19,626 nt of DNA. Origin: an uncultured Nitrososphaeraceae archaeon (GTDB taxonomy: Archaea; Thermoproteota; Nitrososphaeria; Nitrososphaerales; Nitrososphaeraceae). A program made the translations under genes and the position numbers. How positions within the stretch are numbered: position 1 is the first letter of the stretch; every line of letters starts with the position of its first letter. The notes beneath the pieces are model-generated. The model did not search any database. It was not told the DNA's origin and was given only the letters and a program-made list of their open reading frames with translations. Location of the stretch: contig CAVXZB010000017.1 in the NCBI GenBank assembly GCA_963765895.1, forward strand, positions 1 to 19,626, given 5' to 3'. Below, in pieces: positions 9,902 to 18,024 of the stretch.

Positions 9902-10156
9902 TCAATTATGCATAATAATGTTTACCGCAAATTGAAACACGGAAACAACAACAAAGGCTGACTTGCTTCGCTTCGATATTTGCCCTCTACTCTCCCCTTT
10001 TGGATTCTGTTGTGTATGAACGTTTGGATAGGCGTTACCATCTTCAATCAGTTTGACTAGGTCTGAGATTTGTTTGTCTTTCAATGGTCCTTCTAGTTTA
10101 TCAGAAGTAATAGTGCCTTGTGCTAATACTCCACTCTTAGGACCGGAGGGAGATGG
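9902..10156 (-). pseudogene. C-terminal half of a CHRD-domain protein
   Basis: PSPSGPKSGVLAQGTITSDKLEGPLKDKQISDLVKLIEDGNAYPNVHTQQNPKGESRGQI. An in-frame TAG lies immediately upstream and no N-terminal half is visible. Confidence 0.8.
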
Positions 10157-10585
10157 CTATACATAGAAGTAATAAGGAAAAAGTTCAATTCGCATATGGA
10201 GATGATTATGGAGTTGAAAATATCGGATTGAATGGCATTGAGTAAACCTATAACGCTACTGATAGTTTATTGTGAATTAATGTCAAGAATAGAATGAATC
10301 ATTCGGTAGTCCATGGTAAGAGTGCCTCAGATGAACCGGTGTCCAATGTTGACTCAGCTGACCTAATCGGCTGCCTGATAAATGCCCTAAGTATAATCTG
10401 AGAATACTAGCCGAAATTCTTGCCTTACTAATTCAAAGAATACAATCACCAAGTCGTAACAATCGACCAGTTTACATTCCCTAAGAAATATTGTGCGATC
10501 TTAGGACTGCTTTTATTCATGGTATTACTTATATGAAATGGCCTTAGAAGAACTTTCAAGAACTTAGCAAGTCTTTGTTGTTTTA

Positions 10586-10705
10586 CTAATATTTGTGTTG
10601 ATGCTCTTTATCTACATGAACTGTTAGTTCGTGAACACTATCAAATTCCTTTCCGCATGCCTCACAGACAGGATGGTGAGTATGTTCATCAGAAGGCTTG
10701 TTCAC
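10586..10705 (-). CDS. 39-aa single C2H2 zinc-finger microprotein
   Basis: GTG..TAG intact: MNKPSDEHTHHPVCEACGKEFDSVHELTVHVDKEHQHKY, matching C-x2-C-x3-F-x5-L-x2-H-x4-H. Below the ORF-track cutoff. Confidence 0.8.
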   Translation of the reverse strand: MNKPSDEHTHHPVCEACGKEFDSVHELTVHVDKEHQHKY

Positions 10706-11069
10706 TTTTAATAGTTCATAATGTCTAACATCATTTAAATAAGTTATAAACTAGGAGCGATAATTTTCATTTTATCTCAAATGTGAAAGGGGTTTTAGAT
10801 TAATAATGCCCTCCCCTTTGCAACTCGCTATGACTTTATGAGACTAGACCTAGTCCACGGCTCAAGTCAACCCTACCCTTACCATTAGATCATTACGTGC
10901 TTGTGCTTCTTCCCCGTTTTTCCTGAGCATTTGGTCTAGTTCTAATATGCGATCAACAAACAATTTTGTTATATGATATAATGAACGTCCTTAGCTTTAA
11001 GACTAACACATAAATCAAAGAGTATACAATATTGTATGGAGAGAAAGTAAGTTAGTTAACCTAAGGTGA

Positions 11070-11479
11070 AAACAAGAAAATACGATCAAGCATGTTAATT
11101 ATTATTACTATACAGAAGCTGCTGCTACAGCAATAGCCGGAATACTACATATTATTTTCGCATCGACTTTATTTGGTAGCGGTCCTCCAACGTTTGGGAT
11201 ATTTTTTATGATATCAGGGTTAGCTCAACTATTTTGGGCATTACCCATGATAAAGCAATGGGGGAGGGTATGGTATTACATAGGAATTGCTGGTAAATAG
11301 TTTTGATAACACTTGGCTTTATAACAAGAGTTCCAAATCCAATTACCCACAGAGCATTATCAACTACTTCTATAGGGATAGCAATAGAAGTCTTTCAGTT
11401 CATATACATAGGAATAACTGGATACATGGTATCAAGACAAGGAAGATTAGAACCTAAGCAAAAAGAACAGTTAAGATAA
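11070..11479 (+). CDS. Nitrososphaeraceae-type small multi-pass membrane protein, frameshifted; start uncertain
   Basis: YYTEAAATAIAGILHIIFAS...FGIFFMISGLAQLFWALPMIKQWGRVWYYIGIAG/IVLITLGFITRVPNPITHRALSTTSIGIAIEVFQFIYIGITGYMVSR...* (TAA 11477-11479). About 4 hydrophobic segments. Not in the ORF track. Confidence 0.7.
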
Positions 11480-11544
11480 TAAGAATGGAAAGGGATATGC
11501 ATCATATTTTTACTTTTCTAATCAGTTAGATTATACATTGCTAC

Positions 11545-12471
11545 ATGACAGAGAGGATTCAATTACCTGTCGTAAATGTTCAACGACTCAGCTATATCAA
11601 GACAAATATACGCCATTATCCTTTATATCTCTTGTGCCCAGCACAGAAGTGGATAGTAGTGCTATGGATGGTGATGAGATTTAATTTCTTGATAATTCAG
11701 AACACTATTGTGTCTGTTATATAGATATGGTAGATTCTACGAGAGTCATATCTCAAATTAATAAGAGTGACAAGATCGCTCAATATTATTCTATATTTCT
11801 TAACTCGATATCAATCATAGTTCACAAGTTTGCGGGAAAAATAATCAAAAATACTGGAGATGGCATAGTGTGCTACTTTCCAGAAACATCAGACTATAAC
11901 AATAATCTGCATTTAGAAATGTCATCGAATGTGGATTAACCATGATGGTTGCATTTCGATTTATCAACATTAGAATGCATGAAATGGATCTTCCAGACGT
12001 CAGCTATCGGATTAGTGCAGACTATGGAAGGTTTAGTATCGCAAAATCACTTACGTCACAAAGTTATGACTTGTTTGGTCCAACCATGAATTTTTGTGCA
12101 AAGATAAATTCAAAAATGCTCGAAATGGCATGGTTATAGGGAGTGATATTTATCAAATGTTAAAATCTGTCTTTTCCTCATCTTTGTCTATTCTAGATAA
12201 TTATTATTTTAAACACGTTGGAGAATATATTGTTGATGGATTAAAGAATGCGTATCCTGTGTATTCAGTCATTAGCAAATATCCTAATGAAGATTATTAT
12301 CATGTTATAGAAATTGATAACAAAAGAATCATTCAAGAAAAACGAGGACGAAGAAAGCAATTAATGGAATTGCAGCAAAAGGATGAAATAACCCTTAGCA
12401 AAGAAAAGCAATCTACTCATCGAAAAGAACAAGCAGAACTACAACAAGGACAAGACCCGAAAAAAGATTGA
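11545..12471 (+). CDS. Class III adenylate/guanylate cyclase domain protein, multiply frameshifted; start uncertain
   Basis: YCVCYIDMVDST, KIIKNTGDGIVCYFP, YRISADYG, DLFGPTMNFCAKINS and NGMVIGSDIY are spread across ORFs 11727, 11942 and 12094. Confidence 0.85.
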
Positions 12472-12846
12472 AATACAATATTTTAATAGTAGAAGATTAA
12501 CTGGATCTTAATATATACATATAAGGTAATATTACAAGAGGAAGGCTACAACGTAGAGACTTTTACTGATCCATATGTAGCATTAAGACGGTTCGCTGAA
12601 ATAGACCCTTTATACTATCAACTAGTTCTTCTAGATATAAGAATGCCACGGCTTAATGGATTGCAATTATATTATAGGATAAAAGCTATAAATCATGATG
12701 TCAAAATAATATTTGTGACTGCCCTTGATGCAGCAGACGAATTGGTTAGTATATTACCTGATGTGACATTAGATTTTATAATTAAAAAGCCGGCTGATCG
12801 TGCACTTGTAGCTAATATGGTGAAACGTGCTATTGAATCAAGCTAA
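12468..12846 (+). CDS. Response-regulator receiver domain (probably the C-terminus of the cyclase), disrupted
   Basis: KYNILIVED*LDL/..YKVILQEEGYNVETFTDP...LVLLDIRMPRLNGLQL...IIFVTA...IIKKP. In-frame TAA at 12498-12500 plus a frameshift. Confidence 0.85.
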
Positions 12847-12997
12847 ATAGCATATCTGAAATCAAGATGTTTGATTGTCAATCACATGAGCTTTTTTAGC
12901 TAACTAATAATTATACAAGTTACCTTCTTTATTGCCGAATATAGATTGTTACATAACTCGCCTATTCGCTTTCATTGATATCAAGTTCTTTAGTTTA

Positions 12998-13660
12998 ATC
13001 CTATCTCAAGGTTCATAGATTTCGAAAGAAGCGATTTTCCTGTCATGCACTATTCCAATAATGTCTACATGAGTATTTCAAAGATTATGACCCAAATCGA
13101 CTACCGTATAAGATTGTATAGTAGGAATTCAATGGAGATGGCAAATCACTTGATAGTGTATCTGTAAAGGCGCCCCTAGGCGGAAATGACTGGTCATAAT
13201 CCTACATGTAGGTAAGTTGGGAACAGAACTTCATGTATTAATAACTGATGGACAAGATATACCATATCTGTTAATATTAACTGGGGCTATTACACATAAT
13301 ATCAAGGCTACTATAAAAAATATACACTGTATCATATCATAGTCAAAGGATCGTCTCATAATATCAATAAAGAGAAACAGAACCTCTATCTTGATATAGG
13401 ATGTGACTTCCAGGATATTGAGAATGATGTTATCAAGAAAGGATACTTATCACACAATCGACATAGAAGCGAGCGATTAATAATAAAGGGCGGTAATCGT
13501 CATACTACGAAAAGAAGATGTATAGTTGGAAGAACTAGTTCCAAGCGCAACAGGCTCAGAAAAACTTTTGGTTAGATATTAGAAGATAAAATACTATTTT
13601 GTGTTAGTATGTGTAGGCCGTTGTATTCTTATTTACATGAGGATAATTTCGAGACAGGTT
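12998..13660 (+). mobile_element. Heavily decayed IS5-family (IS1031/IS427-like) transposase remnant; ends approximate
   Basis: Fragments GIQWRWQ/SLDSVSVKAPLGG/MTGHNPT/GKLGT.LHVL.TDGQDIP...QNLYLDIGCD...KKGYLSH...RTSSKRNRLRK.LVRY. Possible worn TIRs: 12998 ATCCTATCTCAAGGTT vs reverse complement of 13645-13660 AACCTGTCTCGAAATT (11/16). Confidence 0.75.
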
Positions 13661-13703
13661 GTAAACCTAAGTAATCAAATAATTTGAGATCTAGTATAAC
13701 AGA

Positions 13704-14192
13704 TTAATCTCTGATTGTTACTTTTGTCATCTTCGCTTCTTCTGGATCTACCGGTGCGTCAGCGGAATCAGTGCTTAATGCCTCTATTTTATCTACAATC
13801 TCCATTCCTGAAGCAACCTTTCCGAATACAGTATATTGACCATCTAGAAAACTAGAGTCTTTTAGAACTATGAAAAATTGAGATCCGGCACTATCTGGAT
13901 CTTGGATCTTGCCATTGATAATGCACCACGAGAATGTTTATTTTTATTGAATTCTGCTTTTACATTCCATCCTGGCCCGCCTGTACCCCAGTACCTCGAT
14001 TGGATAGGTTTCTCGTGTTAGGGTCACCACCCTGTATTACAAATTTAGGAACTATTCTATGGAAGATCAAACCATCATAGAATCCTTTTTTTGCCAATTC
14101 CTTAAAGTTATCTACGGTTTTTGGTGCGTGTTCAGGATAAAATTCTAACTTGATATCGCCAAACTTTGTAGTTATTATTCCAGGATTGTCAT
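13704..14192 (-). CDS. Cyclophilin-type peptidyl-prolyl cis-trans isomerase, three apparent 1-bp deletions
   Basis: [121 protein letters not shown]...*. Absent from the ORF track. Confidence 0.93.
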
Positions 14193-14196
14193 TACT

Positions 14197-14201
14197 ACCT
14201 C
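14197..14201 (-). promoter_or_regulatory. Putative Shine-Dalgarno (GAGGT) of the cyclophilin gene
   Basis: Minus strand reads AAAAAAAGAGGTAGTAATG. Confidence 0.4.
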
Positions 14202-14752
14202 TTTTTTTATATGATTATATTAACTGATCATTAACTGGAAATGTGTCGTGCAAATAATTTTTTGATTTTGACATTAGGTGACCTTTCTTATACCTCGAAT
14301 ACCAACTGACGCTATAATTGCCTTGACCTCAGTTGCTAGTGTTATATTAATTAGTGACTCCAAATCTTGGATTGAAAGTCTGTTGAATTTCATAATGGGA
14401 ATCCTAGTATACTATTATTATCAGCTGTTTCTCTAATTTTCAAATCACCACCACTATCAAGCTCTATCTTCGTTACAGTGACAATGCCTGTTCAGTCATA
14501 ATTCTAACAATTGATCTCCTGACCGCAACAATTACAAATTATTTCTCCGTATCTTGCTTTTGTCTAAATCTCTTTGATATAGTTTTAGGGATCGCTTCAG
14601 TTTAGAATCTTGTTGTGCCAGAAAATTCATCATTATATCTAGATTTATCGTATCCCTTGCAGTCTCATCATAAGTATGAATCAACATTACTGATCAAATA
14701 TAATGCTGCTAAATTTCTGAGCACGATAAGTGCTAATATTATTTAGCATTAT

Positions 14753-14917
14753 TTACTCGTCTTCATCATGGACAATAACTCCAATGGATTCTAGATAATC
14801 TAACATGCTTTCCATGAATGCTTTCTTCTGTTCGTATGTCATACCTGGAAGGAAATAATCACCACGTTTTTCAGAGGCAGCAATTAGTTCATCCACGGAA
14901 ATGTTCTTTCTAGTCAT
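14753..14917 (-). CDS. Putative ~54-aa acidic small protein, frameshift in an A-run near 14870
   Basis: MTRKNISVDELIAASE/KRGDYFLPGMTYEQKKAFMESMLDYLESIGVIVHDEDE* after adding one A. No family recognised. Confidence 0.4.
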   Translation of the reverse strand: MTRKNISVDELIAASEKRGDYFLPGMTYEQKKAFMESMLDYLESIGVIVHDEDE

Positions 14918-15010
14918 GCCCTAGGAGATCTTTCATTTGACTAGGGGTGTTCGGTTATACATTCTTATCATTACCTTATGATATGGCACATCTCACCAAT
15001 AAATCTGTAT

Positions 15011-15946
15011 TCAATTAAAGAAATTAGCATAATCTCTGACAAATTGTTCAAGTGATATAGGCCTCCGTCCCGTAATCTGTTCAACTACAGGAGTAGTTTG
15101 TGATGAGTAACCAAATCTAATCACACTATAGAGCTCCATCAATGCATCAATAAGCCAGTCCTCCATTCCCCATCTTCTTCATTGCTTTGCGAGCGTCTTC
15201 TTCTGTTATGTTTATATAAGATATTCTTCTACCTAGAGAATTAGAAAGAATTTCTGCTCGCTTGACTGTATGATAATGCCTCGTTACCAGTAATACCATA
15301 TTTTTTTGTACTCATGTTCTTGATTGCTTTTGTTCCAATTATTTTTAGCCAATAGTATTTTTGTAGCTACAGCTGCAATATCTCTGACATCTACAAAACC
15401 AACTTTTCCGTCTCATGCAGGATGATAAATTGCGTTTTGATTTTTAATTGTCTGGCCAAAAAAGTCTATAAAGTTTTGCATAAATGCACCTGAGCGTAAG
15501 AAGGTGTATGGTATTCCAGATTCTTCTATATTCTTTTCCTCCTGTTTATGCCACCGTCCGATCATAATTCCAGGCTCAGCATCAGCATATAAGACAGACA
15601 ACTTCACTATATGTTTAAGATCAATTTTCTTTGCCTGTTTTATCAAACTGGAAGAAAGTTCATTCATGTTAGGTGCAGGTGGCGTTACTAGAAAGAGTTT
15701 GTCTACTCCGTTTAATGCATCAACAACAGATTCTGGTTTATTATAATCCAAATCAGCGATCTCAATTGTTTTATTTTCATCTCTAAGTCTATCAGCTTTA
15801 TCTTTCGAATGAACAGCCGCTCTAACTCGGATACCTGAAGAAAGTGATGATGGTGATGTAAGTTGTTTTACTACTTCACTTATAACGGTTCCAGTTGCAC
15901 TAGTAACCAAAATGGCAGTTTCGGTAGTTTTGATAGTAGAAGTCAT
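15011..15946 (-). pseudogene. NmrA-like atypical SDR NAD(P)H-binding oxidoreductase, disrupted
   Basis: ORF 15413..15946 ends at a TGA where Gly is expected. The frame continues DGKVGFVDVRDIAAVA...YGITGNEALSYSQ...AEILSNSLGRRISYINI...VEQITGRRPISLEQFVRDYANFFN*. The Gly-rich motif reads VTSATGTVIS instead of VTGATGxxGS. Confidence 0.85.
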
Positions 15947-16041
15947 CGGTATATTAATACAACAATATCACTTAAGTCTAGTAGTAACGCTTTATTAAGT
16001 AGATAACCGATCCACAAGATAAGGAGGATACGCTCTCACAC

Positions 16042-16092
16042 TTGCAATACCATATCGGCTGTTCTGGGTGGAGCTATTCAGCTTGGCAAGGG
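16042..16092 (+). pseudogene. N-terminal stub of a DUF72 (YecE-like) protein
   Basis: TTG-start LQYHIGCSGWSYSAWQG matches the DUF72 N-terminal signature IGxSGWSYxxWxG. Similarity then stops. Confidence 0.7.
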
Positions 16093-16225
16093 CGTGATAG
16101 CAAATTTTTTCATACAACTAATATTTTCTTCTTCAAGACAGATAACACCATATGCTTTTTATCAGGAAATACTTTTTCGTAATATTCATACTTATATACG
16201 AGATATTGTCAATGTCGCCATAAGA

Positions 16226-16510
16226 ATGAAAAATATAAAATTTTTTGGTTTACTGTGTCTGAGCACGATTCTAGCTCTGGGCTTTTTGTCACCCGCATAT
16301 TCTGGCTCCGCTACAGCTTGCTCGACAGAATAGAACATTAATGCAACCTGAAGGGTACAGGATATGGAAACAAACGCTACGAACATAGTTTTAGTCATGG
16401 TTTATGGGCTGATGGATCCTCATGGAGTAAAGTGATTCCAATTCTAAAGAATGCAGGACATAGAGTTATTGCGGTGCAACTAGTGCTGCACTCTCTTGCA
16501 GACGATGTCA
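16226..16510 (+). pseudogene. 5' fragment of a secreted alpha/beta hydrolase (Abhydrolase_6-like)
   Basis: Signal peptide MKNIKFFGLLCLSTILALGFLSPAYS, two in-frame stops, then TNIVL/HGLWADGSSWSKVIPILKNAGHRVIAVQLVLHSLADDV. It ends before the GHSxG nucleophile motif. Confidence 0.8.
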
Positions 16511-16815
16511 AAGTGAATAAGGACTACGACGGCGGTGACGATATTAGTGGCTGAACTTTACTACAACAAATCAAGTAGGGTAAATGTTAAAAGTAATGTC
16601 CAAGACGCCTCATGACAAAATGACACATCCGACGAAAACATATAAATTTTTCAAGGATTATTCTAGCTATATTAATTACAAATAGAATTATTAGTAGACA
16701 TTATGATATAAGTAGCGCAGAACATTTAGGGAACAAAGTAATGGAATAATGCATACAATAGAATTTCCGTGAATAAGATGACTAGTGATACATTAAGGAA
16801 TGAAGAAAAATAGTA

Positions 16816-17187
16816 ATGACATTAAAAGTTAAATCACTGAAAGAAAAGACTGTAGAAGAATCTGACGGTCTTAGAATATTAATAGCACGCTACAGGCCAA
16901 GATATCTCTCCAAATCTAATGAAACCTGGAATGAATGGTGGAAAGAACTGGCACCAAGTAAAAATCTGCATAAGGATTACATGAAGGATAAGAAAATTGG
17001 CTGGACTGAATACAAAAAGCGATTTCTAATGGAAATGAAATCTACTGATGCCCAAGAACGAATTAGAAAACTAAAACAATTAGTAAATGATGGTAAAGAT
17101 ATCACGCTACTGTGCTATTGTGATTCCACCATAGTTGGTGACCATTGTCATAGATACATTGTCAAAAACCTTGTAGAAAATATGTAG
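16816..17187 (+). CDS. DUF488 family (YeaO-like) protein
   Basis: Intact 123 aa: DGLRILIARYRPR, WWKELAPS, WTEYKKRFLMEM, ITLLCYC...HCHRYIV. Confidence 0.88.
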   Translation: MTLKVKSLKEKTVEESDGLRILIARYRPRYLSKSNETWNEWWKELAPSKNLHKDYMKDKKIGWTEYKKRFLMEMKSTDAQERIRKLKQLVNDGKDITLLCYCDSTIVGDHCHRYIVKNLVENM

Positions 17188-17340
17188 CAGTAATAACTTA
17201 GAATCTATAACACAATATTTCAGTGTGTTTGAGATGATAGAAAATTTATGTTTATTGACTTTATCTCTCCAAAAACAGTATTGTACTGAAGTATATTCGA
17301 CTCTACTCCTAGATACTATACTCAATATATTTAGTTAATT

Positions 17341-17562
17341 CTAAGTAGTAACATCATGGTCCTTCCTAAGGAAGCCATTGACCGCTGCCAGAAACGGCAT
17401 AACAGCCAACTGCGAGGCAGCGGGCACTGGCTCTGGGTTCTGATTAAATTGATCTGTCATGGCTAGACCTGTCTGTTGGAGTAGTGGGGGAAGGTTCCGG
17501 GAATCCAGGACCGGTTCGGCGTTTGTAACTGTTGCTGCCTCATTTCGTTGAGACGCAATCAA
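17341..17562 (-). CDS. Hypothetical protein fragment in the mid-GC segment, truncated at the junction
   Basis: Its TTG overlaps the TGA of the upstream frame (TTGA, 17559-17562). The stop lies in AT-rich DNA at the compositional break. Confidence 0.3.
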   Translation of the reverse strand: MIASQRNEAATVTNAEPVLDSRNLPPLLQQTGLAMTDQFNQNPEPVPAASQLAVMPFLAAVNGFLRKDHDVTT

Positions 17563-17967
17563 CGGGAGCCGGGTCGGCGAAAAGGCCCATCAGATGCTCG
17601 ATTGTATTGGAAGTCGTAGCGGCATAGAACATTTGCGGGGTCGACCTGATGGCGATCTACAGCGACAGCGAGTTCGGAAAAATCAAAGATGAAATGCACC
17701 GCATCGATAAAGTAGGTAGGTATCGATCGATGCAGGGGAAGGAACTGGTGCGGCCGAAGATATAGGGAAAGCTTGTGACCTCTCTTCGACGACCGAGCAG
17801 GTGCAACGTGATCGGCGTGTCCTTTCGAATGCGGTGGCCAGCCCGCTCTTTCGCCTTCCGTAGCCAAGTATCGTCCTTCTCTTGCAAAAGACCGAAGACG
17901 TTTTCATCTCGTCGAGGGGCGTTCTAGCTCTTGGCAAAACCGAGCCTCAATTTCGTCAAGCTCGTCT
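17559..17967 (-). CDS. 3' fragment of an unidentified, frameshifted protein in the mid-GC segment
   Basis: Successive frames read like protein: DELDEIEARFCQELE/PLDEMK/QEKDDTWLRKAKERAGHRIRKDTPITLHLLGRRREVTSFPYIFGR/HQFLPLHRSIPTYFIDAVHFIFDFSEL...GSR*. Confidence 0.4.
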
Positions 17968-18024
17968 AGCAATCTGGTGATGGCCATGTTCCTGTTCCTG
18001 TTACTGGTTAGACTACGTATTGCT
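17968..18024 (+). other. Internal Oxford Nanopore ligation-adapter remnant (sequencing artefact)
   Basis: 17995-18024 TTCCTGTTACTGGTTAGACTACGTATTGCT aligns to the adapter as I recall it (TTCCTGTACTTCGTTCAGTTACGTATTGCT) with the 3' 11 nt exact. AGCAAT at 17968-17973 matches the start of the adapter reverse complement. Confidence 0.8.

Noticed and set aside
10300-10520. Possible tnpB remnant (KEYNHQVVTIDQFTFPKKYCAILG)
   Set aside because: Similarity is too weak by eye, with no CxxC pairs or RuvC motifs
10842-10940. Short inverted repeats (GACTAG-AC-CTAGTC; ACTAGACC/GGTCTAGT) as an ncRNA or MITE
   Set aside because: Stems are only 6-8 bp, with no TSD or second copy
15504-16398. ORFs 15504..15746 (+) and 16192..16398 (-)
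   Set aside because: Antisense shadows of the SDR and the hydrolase fragment
1-17345. Programmed frameshifting or an alternative genetic code explaining the broken genes
   Set aside because: Breaks are mostly scattered indels in both directions, affect unrelated organisms' fragments, and in-frame stops are of all three types
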